Positions 9,721-19,495 of a stretch of DNA of 64,000 bases are shown here, in pieces; the stretch's first letter is position 1; each line of letters opens with the position of its first letter. A model generated the notes under the pieces. It was not told the origin of the DNA. It worked only from the letters and a program-made list of their open reading frames with translations, and ran no database searches. The stretch is from Comamonadaceae bacterium (GTDB lineage Bacteria; Pseudomonadota; Gammaproteobacteria; Burkholderiales; Burkholderiaceae_C), in assembly GCA_947373605.1 (NCBI GenBank), contig CANBYM010000001.1, positions 26,191-90,190 on the forward strand, in the 5' to 3' direction. The position numbers and the translations under genes are program-made.

Positions 9721-12090
9721 ATGCGTCAATCTTTCCCCCGCTCCTATCTTGTCCGAAGTGGGGATAGATTCGCGTTGAATTCGGTGGTTGTGGCATTGCT
9801 CTGCCTGACGGTGCAGACCACCGCAGCCCAGGAGAGCTCCAATGCAGGAAGTGCGACGCCCTCTCTTACGGCCGAGCAGCGCAAAAGTGCACCGGTCTAC
9901 TTGCAGGGCGACACGATGAGTGGTCACCCCGATCTGGACACTTTGGTGCAGGGCAGTGCCAGCTTGCGTAAAGCTGATACAACGATACGTGCAGACCGGC
10001 TGGAATACTTCGCGCCGACGGATCAGGCCAAGGCCATTGGTGATGTTCGCGTCAATCGAGCAGGCAATACCTACGAGGGGCCTTTGCTAGAACTCAAGCT
10101 GGAAACCTTTGAAGGGTTTTTTCAGGAACCGAGCTACCACTTTGTGCAAAGCGACGGCCATGGTGAGGCCTCGCGAGCTGACTTCATCGACGAAACACAC
10201 ACCGTTGTCCACAACGCTACCTACACCACCTGCAGGCGTTTGCCGGGGCCGAGTTGGATGCCAGATTGGATATTGCGCGCTGGCACCATCACCCTGGACA
10301 ACGACGAAGACACGGGTGTGGCCGAAGGTGCTTACCTGAGCTTTAAGGGCGTACCCATACTTCCGGTGCCGGCCATCAGCTTTCCATTGTCGGAGCGGCG
10401 CAAGTCCGGTCTGCTGCCCATGTCGTTCGGCATTGACAATGTCAATGGCACGGAGCTGGTGCTGCCCTATTACTGGAATATTGCGCCCAACCGGGATGCC
10501 ACCATTACGCCGCGTTTGATGACCAATCGCGGCCTAGACATCGGTGCAGAATTCCGCTACTTGGAGCCCAGCTACAACGGCGAGATCCGCGGTGATTACC
10601 TAGCCAACGATACATTGCGTGGCCAAGATCGCTGGGCTTTGGCCTGGACCCACAACGCGACGATTGCACCATTCATGCCGGGTATGGCCCCGGTCACGCT
10701 GACATCCAACATCAACCGCGTGAGTGACGATAACTACTGGCGTGACTTTGCTTATTCCAGCGCCATCAGCACCACCATTGCTCAACGCCTATTGCCTGCA
10801 GATGTGCAGGCGGCATGGGCCAGCGGCAAGGCTTCAGGTACGGTGCATGTATTGCAATGGCAGACGCTGCAAGATCCGACTTCGCCCATTACACCGCCGT
10901 ATGACCGCGTGCCACAAATCACAGGGCGCTATGCGGACTACAACGTTCAAGGCTTTGACTGGTCTATTGACGGTGACTTCACGCAGTTCGAGGGCGACCG
11001 TATCAGTACCTTACAGCCTAACGCACAGCGCAGTTTTGTGCTGGCCCAGATCAGCCGGCCCTGGCTGGCACCCGCAGGCTTTATTACGCCCAAACTGCAA
11101 TTGCACGCCGCCACTTACCAATATGACGCGATGTTGGCCAATGGTTCGAGTTCCGCTAATAGCGTCGTGCCCACGTTTAGTCTGGACAGTGGTTTGGTGT
11201 TTGAGCGGGACCTTTCGCTTTTCGGAAACAACTTGATCCAAACATTGGAACCTCGCGCTTTCTATGTCTATACGCCGTATCAGAACCAAAGCCTGATTCC
11301 GAACTACGACACGGCACCCAATGACTTTAACTTTGCCAGCATCTATACGGAAAACGCTTTCGGTGGCCACGACAAAATTGCCGATAACAACCTGCTTACG
11401 TTGGGCTTGAGCACACGCTTTATTGATCCCAATAGCGGTGCGCAGCTGGCGCGTTTCAGCTTTGCGCAGCGCCTTCGGTTCGAAGACCAATTGGTAACGA
11501 TAAATAGTGCAACACCACCTGCACAAGCGGGTATCAGTGATGTGCTGTTGGGTGCTTCGGTTAACGCTAACCGCAGCTGGACGTTTGACTCCACACTGCA
11601 ATACAACCCCAAGACGGACAAGTCTGAGAGCGTAACAGTAGGTGGCCGTTACAACCCCGGTCCGTATCGCGTGATCAATGCGGCGTATCGCTTTCAGCGC
11701 GACAGCAGTGAGCAAGTGGACGTCAGTTTTCAGTGGCCCATCAATGATTTTTGGGGAGACCGCGGTCAGGAACTCGGCGCGGGACGGGGTCAGGGCGAGG
11801 GTCGTTATTACGCGGTTGGTCGATTGAACTACAGCATCTTCGATTCGCGCATGATCGATACTGTTTTGGGTGTCGAGTACGATGCGGGCTGCTGGCTCAG
11901 CCGCGTTGTGGTTGCCCGTACCCAAACCAGTGATACGACGGCGACGCAGCGCATCATGTTCCAGCTGGAATTTGTGGGCTTTACCCGTGTGGGCATCGAC
12001 CCGCGCAGTACCTTGACGCAAAACATTTCGCGCTACCAGAACCTGCGCGATTCAGGCACTAACAGCAGTCGCTATAACAACCTCGACTAA
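9721..12090 (+). CDS. lptD: LPS-assembly outer-membrane protein LptD
   Basis: YTTC, PYYWNIAPNRD, TLEPR and EYDAGCW motifs; start placed at MRQSFP. Confidence 0.96.
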   Translation: MRQSFPRSYLVRSGDRFALNSVVVALLCLTVQTTAAQESSNAGSATPSLTAEQRKSAPVYLQGDTMSGHPDLDTLVQGSASLRKADTTIRADRLEYFAPTDQAKAIGDVRVNRAGNTYEGPLLELKLETFEGFFQEPSYHFVQSDGHGEASRADFIDETHTVVHNATYTTCRRLPGPSWMPDWILRAGTITLDNDEDTGVAEGAYLSFKGVPILPVPAISFPLSERRKSGLLPMSFGIDNVNGTELVLPYYWNIAPNRDATITPRLMTNRGLDIGAEFRYLEPSYNGEIRGDYLANDTLRGQDRWALAWTHNATIAPFMPGMAPVTLTSNINRVSDDNYWRDFAYSSAISTTIAQRLLPADVQAAWASGKASGTVHVLQWQTLQDPTSPITPPYDRVPQITGRYADYNVQGFDWSIDGDFTQFEGDRISTLQPNAQRSFVLAQISRPWLAPAGFITPKLQLHAATYQYDAMLANGSSSANSVVPTFSLDSGLVFERDLSLFGNNLIQTLEPRAFYVYTPYQNQSLIPNYDTAPNDFNFASIYTENAFGGHDKIADNNLLTLGLSTRFIDPNSGAQLARFSFAQRLRFEDQLVTINSATPPAQAGISDVLLGASVNANRSWTFDSTLQYNPKTDKSESVTVGGRYNPGPYRVINAAYRFQRDSSEQVDVSFQWPINDFWGDRGQELGAGRGQGEGRYYAVGRLNYSIFDSRMIDTVLGVEYDAGCWLSRVVVARTQTSDTTATQRIMFQLEFVGFTRVGIDPRSTLTQNISRYQNLRDSGTNSSRYNNLD

Positions 12091-13404
12091 ATGAAAATGA
12101 AATTCAACGCGTTTGTCATCATCGTTGCCGCCGCACTGGCCCTGCCAGGGATGCCGGTTCTTGCACAAAAAACCAGCCAAGCCGACTTTATTGTGGCTTT
12201 GGTTAATTCCGAACCTATTACCGACTCTGAGGTACGTGCCTCAGTGGCCCGCATGGAGCAGCAATTCAAGGCGCAAAAGCAAGCCCTGCCGCCAGCGGAA
12301 GAACTCAGGTTAGGCGTGCTGGACCGTATGATCAATGAACGTGCACAACTGCAGGCCGCAGCAGAAGCTGGAATCCGCATTGATGATTTGGCCGTCGATC
12401 AGGCCGAGGAAAACATTGCCCGCCAAAGCGAACTGAGCGTTGAAGATCTCCACCGCCGGATCGTGAAAGATGGAGGGAACCCCAAAGAGTTTCGTGCGCA
12501 GTTGCGTGAGCAGTTGATATTGACCCGCTTGCGTGAGCGAGAGGTTGAAAGTCGTGTGCGTATATCGGATCAGGAAATAGACAAATATATCGTTGATGAG
12601 CAGGCCAAGATCGTTGACCCACTCACGCAGGAGATCAACATTGCGCAAATACTGATTGCAGTCCCGGAAAGCGCCAGCAAGACAGACGTCGATGCACTAT
12701 CCGCCAAGGCTGTTAAGGTTCTTGAACGTGCACGCGGGAACGAAGACTTTGCAGCTCTGGTGCAGGAGTTCTCGGCAGCTGACAAAAGCAATGGCGGCCA
12801 ATTGGGCCTGCGCCGGGGCGAACGTTATCCGTCCTTATTCCTGGATGCGACGCTGAACGTGCCCGTCGGCCGTGTGGCGGAAATTGTTCGTTCCCCAGCG
12901 GGCTTTCATATTCTAAAAGTCTTGGAGCGTCGCGGAGCGTCCAACCTGAGCAAAACGGTTGTGCAATCGCATGCGCGGCATATTCTGTTGCGCACCAGCC
13001 CGCAGTTGTCTCAAAGCGCTGCGCTTGCGCAACTTGCGGATTACCGGGCGCGCATCATTGCTGGCAAGGCGGACTTCGCTTCGCTGGCCCGCGAGTTCTC
13101 GCAAGACGGTAGTTCTGCGCAAGGTGGTGATTTGGGCTGGGCAAGCCCGGGCATGTTTGTGCCGGAATTTGAAGGGGTACTGAACCGCCTTCGTGATGGC
13201 GAAATTGCGCCGCCCACGGTTTCACGCTTCGGGGTTCATCTGATTCAGTTGATTGAGCGTCGCCGTACGGAGCTCAGCCAGCGCGAGGTGCGTGAGTCCG
13301 TGCGTACGACGTTGCGCGATGCAAAACTGGATGAAGCGTACATGAATTGGGCCAAGGACATTCGCGAACGCGCATTTGTTGAGATGCGCGAGCCGCCCTT
13401 GTAG
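12091..13404 (+). CDS. surA: Periplasmic chaperone/PPIase SurA
   Basis: Signal peptide, SurA N-domain, two parvulin domains (HARHIL, GGDLGW); follows lptD. Confidence 0.95.
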   Translation: MKMKFNAFVIIVAAALALPGMPVLAQKTSQADFIVALVNSEPITDSEVRASVARMEQQFKAQKQALPPAEELRLGVLDRMINERAQLQAAAEAGIRIDDLAVDQAEENIARQSELSVEDLHRRIVKDGGNPKEFRAQLREQLILTRLREREVESRVRISDQEIDKYIVDEQAKIVDPLTQEINIAQILIAVPESASKTDVDALSAKAVKVLERARGNEDFAALVQEFSAADKSNGGQLGLRRGERYPSLFLDATLNVPVGRVAEIVRSPAGFHILKVLERRGASNLSKTVVQSHARHILLRTSPQLSQSAALAQLADYRARIIAGKADFASLAREFSQDGSSAQGGDLGWASPGMFVPEFEGVLNRLRDGEIAPPTVSRFGVHLIQLIERRRTELSQREVRESVRTTLRDAKLDEAYMNWAKDIRERAFVEMREPPL

Positions 13405-13408
13405 TGCT

Positions 13409-14176
13409 ATGAAGCACATAGCGCGCAAGCGGTTCGGACAGCACTTTTTGACGGACGGCGGCATTATTGATGCCATCGTGCGCGCCATCGATCCCAAGCC
13501 GGGTCAGCATATGGTCGAAATCGGTCCCGGTTTGGCCGCATTAACGCAACCCCTGGTGGAGCGTCTGGGTCACTTAACGGTTATTGAGCTGGACCGTGAT
13601 TTGGCTTTGCGCTTGCGCAGTCATGGACAGTTAACGGTCATTGAGTCTGATGTGCTCAAAGTTGCCTTTGACACAATTGCTTCGCCGGTTGCCAAACTGC
13701 GGGTCACCGGCAATTTGCCGTACAACATCTCAACTCCCATTTTGTTTCACTTGTTAGGGTATGTTGATTGCATTGAAGACCAGCACTTCATGTTGCAAAA
13801 AGAAGTGATCGACCGCATGGTGGCAAGTCCAAGCACTTCCGATTACGGTCGCCTGAGCGTGATGCTGCAATGGCGCTATGCCATGGAAAACGTTCTTTTT
13901 GTACCGCCACAGAGCTTTGATCCGCCGCCGCGGGTCGACAGTGCGGTGGTGCGCATGGTGCCGCACGCGCAGCCCGCCGTTATTGACGCCATGTTGCTAA
14001 GTGAATTAGTTCAGGTGGCTTTTAGCCAGCGCCGCAAGTTACTTCGTCATACCTTGGGCAAATGGCTTGCAGAGAAAAATTTCAGTGGTGAATTCGATGT
14101 TCAGCGCCGCGCGGAGGAAGTGCCGGTGCATGAATATCTGGCACTTACATCAACAGTTGGCGCAATTAGTCAATAA
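13409..14176 (+). CDS. rsmA: 16S rRNA dimethyltransferase RsmA/KsgA
   Basis: [14 protein letters not shown] and NLPYNIS motifs. Confidence 0.97.
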   Translation: MKHIARKRFGQHFLTDGGIIDAIVRAIDPKPGQHMVEIGPGLAALTQPLVERLGHLTVIELDRDLALRLRSHGQLTVIESDVLKVAFDTIASPVAKLRVTGNLPYNISTPILFHLLGYVDCIEDQHFMLQKEVIDRMVASPSTSDYGRLSVMLQWRYAMENVLFVPPQSFDPPPRVDSAVVRMVPHAQPAVIDAMLLSELVQVAFSQRRKLLRHTLGKWLAEKNFSGEFDVQRRAEEVPVHEYLALTSTVGAISQ

Positions 14177-14238
14177 CCTTGTTTTATGATGCGGTCAGAG
14201 CATGCGGTAGGCGTGCATCTGACAATAAAGGGGGTGCT

Positions 14239-15096
14239 ATGAAGTTCAAGCAGCTTGCAGGTGCATTGTTGAGTGTTGCGACTATGGCCCTCAGTGCCAT
14301 GCCTTCCGCAGTATGGGCACAGCAGGCAAGCTATAACTTCTCACCTGTCAACCAATACGACATCAATCTGACCGCTGCGTACTGGAACCCCATCATTGCT
14401 TATGTCTCAGAAAAAAGCGGTGTAAAACTCAATTTAAAGATCGGCCGCACTTCAGCCGATACGACCAGCTATGTGCTGACCAAAGAGGTTGAATTTGTTT
14501 TTTCAAACCACCTTTTCAGCCCTGAGCGTGAAAAACTGGGCTGGAAAGTGTTTGGGCGCCGTAATACGCCGGCGCTGCAAGGCCAGATTGTGGTGCCTGC
14601 CGATTCACCGATTACCGACATTGCACAACTGAAAGGACAGGAGCTTGCTTTTGCAGGGCCCGAAGCTTTCGTTGTTTACAAAGTCCCGTACGCCTATTTG
14701 ATGTCTAAAAACATTGATGTCAAAGTCGTGTTTGCCGGCAATCAGAATGCCGCATTTGCCCAGCTTTTTGCGGGCAAGGTAGTTGCATCAGGTGGTAATT
14801 CACAGCTGGTGGAGGGTTATTCCCGGCGCGAGGGCAAGAAGTTCCGGGTTCTTTGGACGTCGGAGCCGTATCAGGACCTTGCGCTTATGGCATCCGATAA
14901 AGTGCCGGATAAGGATGTCAAGGCCGTTGCTTCGGCGTTTATTGAGATGTACAAAGATCCTAAAGGACGTGACATCCTTCATCAGGTCTCCAAAGAGGTG
15001 GGTTTGCCCAATGATGCCTATTTCATCGGCGCAAGCGGGGCGGATTACGCCTCCTACAAACGCTTTTACCAAAGCGCACCGTCCGCTTTGCACTAA
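14239..15096 (+). CDS. PhnD/SsuA-like periplasmic substrate-binding protein
   Basis: Signal peptide ending AVWA; IVVPADSPI..IAQLKG segment typical of PhnD-like proteins; no permease nearby. Confidence 0.8.
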   Translation: MKFKQLAGALLSVATMALSAMPSAVWAQQASYNFSPVNQYDINLTAAYWNPIIAYVSEKSGVKLNLKIGRTSADTTSYVLTKEVEFVFSNHLFSPEREKLGWKVFGRRNTPALQGQIVVPADSPITDIAQLKGQELAFAGPEAFVVYKVPYAYLMSKNIDVKVVFAGNQNAAFAQLFAGKVVASGGNSQLVEGYSRREGKKFRVLWTSEPYQDLALMASDKVPDKDVKAVASAFIEMYKDPKGRDILHQVSKEVGLPNDAYFIGASGADYASYKRFYQSAPSALH

Positions 15097-15108
15097 GCCG
15101 CTTCACGC

Positions 15109-18100
15109 ATGAACCTGTTGCAACGCCTGCTCCCCCAGTCCCTTGTGGGACGGGTGTTCACGCTGTATGCGGCAACGTTGCTAATCTTTGTTACTGCCGG
15201 CTTGGGGCTTTTTTACCGTTACCAATTTACCCAGCAGATTGACGACGAATTGCTGGCAGGCGAAATGATGATGAATGTTGCCGCGCAAAGCGTTGGCGAC
15301 AGTGCAGTAATCGGCGACTATGACACCATCGGCAAAACTCTGGAGCGCGCCATTGCCCGTTCCAATTTTTCGAAAGCACAGTTCATTGATGGCAAGGGCG
15401 GCGTGATAACTGCCAAAAATGAACGTAAGTTGACCTTGACGGCACCACGGTGGCTGACCGATCAAGTGCGGGATCGCTTGTTTGACACTAACCATAACAT
15501 TCAGGTTGGCGGTACGGACTATGGCGTTTTGCGCCTTTCGTTTGCGGAGGAGGAAATTGCGTCCGAACTGTGGCTGTTGGGCTTGTATTCCCTGGCGGCG
15601 GCGGTGTTTGCGCTTCTGGCCGGGGTGATGCTGATTCGCATTCCTCTGAAACGTTGGCTGGGCAATTTTGACCGTGTGCGTGCCCGTGAGGCAGATGTAC
15701 TTGCCGGTGCCCTTGATATAAACGCATTGCTTGACGCGGATGCGCCGCAGGAAATACGCCACACCTTTGACATCATTAGTCGCGCCGCAGGCCGCTTGTC
15801 TGCGCAACGCGAAGAGGCTGCAGTCACGCTGAATGCCATCTCGGACGGGGTGCTGACAACTGATGCGCAGTACAAAGTCACCTACTGCAACCCGGCGGCT
15901 GAGATGTTGTTGGGTAGTAACGCAAGCCGGGGTGAATTTGCAGCCACTGGTCAGGATGCCCGGTCACTGTTGCCCAACGCATTTCGGGACGACGGTGCCC
16001 CTACTGATTGGAAAGTGCGGCGTCTCGAACTTGCGCATCCAAATGGAGCTACTACCATTTTGGACACAACCCTGTCGCGCATTTATGCAGCCTCCGGTGA
16101 CGTTACCGGGCATGTGCTGGCAATTCGTGATGTCACGCAGCAGCACGCCCTGGACCAGCAATTGCGCATCGAATTGCAGATGCGCCAGCGGGCCCTTGAA
16201 TCCTTGCGCCAGATTCTGGGAAGTTTGGAATCTTCGAGTTCACAAGATGGCGCAGCGTTGGATGAAGATGATCTGGATGCACTGACGCAGCGCGTCGTTG
16301 CATTGGTAGGTGAGCGTGAGTTGGGGCGTCGTGCGCTGGATAACCAAAAGTTCGCGCTTGACCAGCATGCCATTGTCAGCATTACCGATCTGAACGGACA
16401 AATAACCTACGCAAATGACAAGTTCAGTCTGATTAGCGGCTACGGCGAGGCCGAGTTACTGGGTGCGAATCACCGGATTGTGAATTCCGGTGTGCACCCG
16501 GATTCATTTTTTGAAGATATGTGGAAAACCATTGCAGAGGGCGAAGTCTGGAATGGCGAAATCTGTAACCGTGCCAAAGGCGGTGGTTTGTATTGGGTGG
16601 ATGCAACCGTCATTCCTTTAGTGGGGCTGGACGGTTTGCCGGAGCAATACATTGCCATCCGAACCGATATTACCAACCGCAAAACTATCGAAGCCCGGTT
16701 GGCCGAGCAACTGCAGTTTGTCGAAGTGTTGCTGGAAGCGACACCCACGGCCATTTACCTCAAAGATATTGATGGTCGTTACCTTCGCTTTAACAAGGCG
16801 TTTGATGATGTGATGGGAATTGAGCGTTCGCAATGGATCGGCAAGACCGTGTTTGATCTCATCGATGGCGACGCATCCTCGGTAATGCACGCGAAAGACC
16901 TGGAGCTGTTTGAAAAGCGTGAACTTCAAACATACGAGGCCTCGTTTCGCAACCGCAGAACCGGTGAGATGCGCGACGGTCTTTACTGGAAGGCGCCGCT
17001 GACGGACACGCAGGGTAACGTAACTGGTCTAGTGGGCACTATTCTGGACATTACCGAGAAAAACCTGTTTGAACAGGCTTTGCGGGATGCCAAACGCAGC
17101 GCAGAGGCAGCCAGCCAAGCAAAGAGCGACTTCCTAGCCAACATGAGCCACGAAATCCGCACACCCATGAACGGTGTAATCGGAATGACTGACCTGGCTT
17201 TGGACACGTCGTTGAACACCACGCAGCGGGAATACCTCAATATTGTTAAAAGCTCGGCCCAGTCATTAATGGTGATCCTGAACGACATTCTGGACTTCTC
17301 AAAAATTGAAGCTGGTAAATTAAATATTGAAACGGTTGAGTTTTCTTTCGCTGAGACCCTGAATGAGACGCTGAAGGCGCTGAAGCCACGGGCGCAAAAG
17401 AAGTCCATCGCACTGGTCAGTGAGCTGCATGCGAACCTACCCCGAAGAGTGATCGGCGACCCGGTTCGCATCCGGCAGGTCATTACAAACTTGTGTGACA
17501 ACGCCATTAAATTTACATCGCGGGGCAGCGTGACCGTGGCTGTTGTTGCAGAGCCTATTTCAGCCGGTGTTTTGGAAATCCAGATTGCTGTGCGTGATAC
17601 CGGCATAGGTATTGCACCGGAAAAACAGCATGGCGTGTTCGAGGCATTTAATCAGGCCGACACATCGACGACGCGGGAATTTGGCGGTACCGGCCTGGGG
17701 TTGACCATCTGTGCGCGGCTTGTGCAACTGATGGGAGGACGCATATGGCTTGAAAGCGTGGTCGGTCAGGGCAGCACATTCCGGTTCACGGTGCAGGTGC
17801 AGGCGGTGCAAGAAGTCGCCAAGCCTGCGTTGGGCGCGTACGAAGCTGCTGTCAGTGCCGACCTCACAGTGCAACCGTCATTGCAGGTTTTGTTGGTAGA
17901 GGACCATCCCATCAATCAGATGCTGGCAACAACGCTTTTGCAAAAATGGGGACACACAGTCGTGCTTGCGAAAAACGGGCAAGAAGCAGTAGATCTTTTT
18001 CCCACTCGAAATTGGGACGTTGTTCTGATGGACATGCAAATGCCCGTTATGGGCGGATTGGACGCTACGCGGCTTATCCGTGCCTGTGAAGGGGTCGGTG

Positions 18101-18258
18101 AACGCACCCCAATCATTGCAATGACGGCCAATGCGATGGAGTCCGACCGTGACGCTTGTTTGCAGGCCGGAATGGACGACCACCTTGCCAAACCGTTCAA
18201 TGCAAACAACCTTCAGGCTATGCTGGCCCGTCATACGGTCAAAAGCATATCCAGCTGA
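15109..18258 (+). CDS. Membrane hybrid sensor histidine kinase (multi-PAS, HisKA, HATPase, receiver)
   Basis: Two TM segments, three PAS/PAC-like repeats, FLANMSHEIRTPMNG, NAIKFT, GGTGLGL, receiver LMDMQMP. Confidence 0.95.
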   Translation: MNLLQRLLPQSLVGRVFTLYAATLLIFVTAGLGLFYRYQFTQQIDDELLAGEMMMNVAAQSVGDSAVIGDYDTIGKTLERAIARSNFSKAQFIDGKGGVITAKNERKLTLTAPRWLTDQVRDRLFDTNHNIQVGGTDYGVLRLSFAEEEIASELWLLGLYSLAAAVFALLAGVMLIRIPLKRWLGNFDRVRAREADVLAGALDINALLDADAPQEIRHTFDIISRAAGRLSAQREEAAVTLNAISDGVLTTDAQYKVTYCNPAAEMLLGSNASRGEFAATGQDARSLLPNAFRDDGAPTDWKVRRLELAHPNGATTILDTTLSRIYAASGDVTGHVLAIRDVTQQHALDQQLRIELQMRQRALESLRQILGSLESSSSQDGAALDEDDLDALTQRVVALVGERELGRRALDNQKFALDQHAIVSITDLNGQITYANDKFSLISGYGEAELLGANHRIVNSGVHPDSFFEDMWKTIAEGEVWNGEICNRAKGGGLYWVDATVIPLVGLDGLPEQYIAIRTDITNRKTIEARLAEQLQFVEVLLEATPTAIYLKDIDGRYLRFNKAFDDVMGIERSQWIGKTVFDLIDGDASSVMHAKDLELFEKRELQTYEASFRNRRTGEMRDGLYWKAPLTDTQGNVTGLVGTILDITEKNLFEQALRDAKRSAEAASQAKSDFLANMSHEIRTPMNGVIGMTDLALDTSLNTTQREYLNIVKSSAQSLMVILNDILDFSKIEAGKLNIETVEFSFAETLNETLKALKPRAQKKSIALVSELHANLPRRVIGDPVRIRQVITNLCDNAIKFTSRGSVTVAVVAEPISAGVLEIQIAVRDTGIGIAPEKQHGVFEAFNQADTSTTREFGGTGLGLTICARLVQLMGGRIWLESVVGQGSTFRFTVQVQAVQEVAKPALGAYEAAVSADLTVQPSLQVLLVEDHPINQMLATTLLQKWGHTVVLAKNGQEAVDLFPTRNWDVVLMDMQMPVMGGLDATRLIRACEGVGERTPIIAMTANAMESDRDACLQAGMDDHLAKPFNANNLQAMLARHTVKSISS

Positions 18259-18264
18259 AAAAAT

Positions 18265-18290
18265 AAAGGCCCATCAACGATGGGCCTTTT
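18265..18290. terminator. Bidirectional intrinsic terminator
   Basis: AAAGGCCCATC-AAC-GATGGGCCTTTT between convergent units. Confidence 0.85.
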
Positions 18291-18319
18291 GCGCAAGCGC
18301 CTTACGGCGCAAATCCTGG

Positions 18320-18541
18320 TTAAGCAGCTGCCAACCAGTATCCCGCGTTAAATGGGCTGCTCATGCGCAGCGCCAAAGGTGAAACATCCAACAGCTTATC
18401 TGTTGGCATCTTCTCGCCGCTTTCGGTAGTTAATTCAATGCCGGCTACAGCGGTTGCATCTGCCGAATTGTTCTCTGCCTCGTTCGCCCGTTCTGCTTGG
18501 CTAGTGTGTGCAGAACGGGCTACAGAAAAGAATAGAAGCAT
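18320..18541 (-). CDS. ORF in the -1 frame overlapping the barstar 3' end; possible frameshift extension ending in an ssrA-like LAAA
   Basis: 73-codon frame that fills the gap from barstar to the terminator; ends SSPFNAGYWLAAA*; no clear RBS. Confidence 0.55.
   Translation of the reverse strand: MLLFFSVARSAHTSQAERANEAENNSADATAVAGIELTTESGEKMPTDKLLDVSPLALRMSSPFNAGYWLAAA
18486..18532 (-). promoter_or_regulatory. Candidate -1 frameshift signal (U-rich site plus stem-loop)
   Basis: Minus strand T-TCT-TTT-CTG-TAG, then GCCCGTTCTGC/13-nt loop/GCAGAACGGGC, a perfect 11-bp stem starting 5 nt after TTT. Confidence 0.45.
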
Positions 18542-18921
18542 CGGAAGGGTATCTTCCGGTCTCCCCAGTAATCTGCCGTGTCGCGGAATATGTCGAGCAA
18601 TTGTTCGCGCGCTTCTTTGTCGAATTTGGCATTGGCTGGAATGTGTTCCAGCACAACGATAAAGCCGGGCTGCGGGCCTGATTTGTGAACCGGGTCCGTC
18701 ATGCTGTCGTAAAGGGCGTCAAAATTCTTGCCGCCTTGCGTGGCCAGCATAAATTGCTGCCCGATCAGGTCAAGCACATCCTGTTTGGTCTGTGCATTGG
18801 CCAAGTTAGCATACAGAAAGTGATGCCCCAAACCTTGGGCGGCTTCCTGCAAATCCGGCACCCTGAAGGCCCGTATCGATTGAACGATATTCGTTCTAAC
18901 GGTTCGAAGTGGTGTATCCAT
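18520..18921 (-). CDS. Barstar family ribonuclease inhibitor
   Basis: GKNFDALYDSMTD resembles the barstar GxNLDALxDxL motif; directly downstream of an RNase gene. Confidence 0.9.
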   Translation of the reverse strand: MDTPLRTVRTNIVQSIRAFRVPDLQEAAQGLGHHFLYANLANAQTKQDVLDLIGQQFMLATQGGKNFDALYDSMTDPVHKSGPQPGFIVVLEHIPANAKFDKEAREQLLDIFRDTADYWGDRKIPFRCFYSFL

Positions 18922-18955
18922 CCCCGATTCTCTTTCTCAAAGTACAAAAATCAAT

Positions 18956-19342
18956 TCAAGGCACTATTCGTTTGAAACTCGAATAATGGTCATCTGAGTA
19001 GTAACACGCGTCCGGCGATCTCGGCATGCCACCGCACACAATCCGACGTATTCCCCGGTTACTGGCTCCGGGGGTATTGACGGTGTATTCACGGTAGTAG
19101 CCGCGCTTCTCGCCGGGGAGCAAATGCTCCCGGTTCCCGAAAACAACCCCGTCTTTTTCAAACGGGAAGGGCCCACCCTGTAGGATTAACTGGTACGTGT
19201 CATGCCCTTGCTTAGGCAATTCGCTCAGCGCAAGCTGCCCGCTCGAACGAATATGCTGCGTTTCCTTTGCACTAACGACACCAGCCGGAAGTGCTAAAAA
19301 CAGCAAACCAGTAAGCACTAACTTAAAAAAGCCCAGGCGCAC
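18956..19342 (-). CDS. Secreted guanyl-specific ribonuclease (RNase Sa/barnase superfamily)
   Basis: Signal peptide; GGPFP..KDG..FGNRE, YYREYTV, RRIV and YYSDDHY motifs; GTG start. Confidence 0.93.
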   Translation of the reverse strand: MRLGFFKLVLTGLLFLALPAGVVSAKETQHIRSSGQLALSELPKQGHDTYQLILQGGPFPFEKDGVVFGNREHLLPGEKRGYYREYTVNTPGASNRGIRRIVCGGMPRSPDACYYSDDHYSSFKRIVP

Positions 19343-19410
19343 TGTTAAACAACTCCATTAACCTCGGGTAAACCCGAAAAATCAAGGCTGTAGTGTGGCT
19401 TATTCGGGCC

Positions 19411-19448
19411 AAAAAAGCAAGGCCCTGCCCGAAAAATGGGCAAGGCCT
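19411..19448 (-). terminator. Probable maeB terminator hairpin
   Basis: AGGCC-C-TGCCC...GGGCA-A-GGCCT with an upstream A-tract on the + strand. Confidence 0.5.
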
Positions 19449-19495
19449 ATGATCAAAAAATATAAATAAGTATGTACTAACTTATTTCCAAATTG

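Noticed and set aside
18486-18520. Stem after the barstar stop as an intrinsic terminator
   Set aside because: No U-tract follows on the minus strand (next bases GAACGAGG), and a proper terminator exists at 18265-18290
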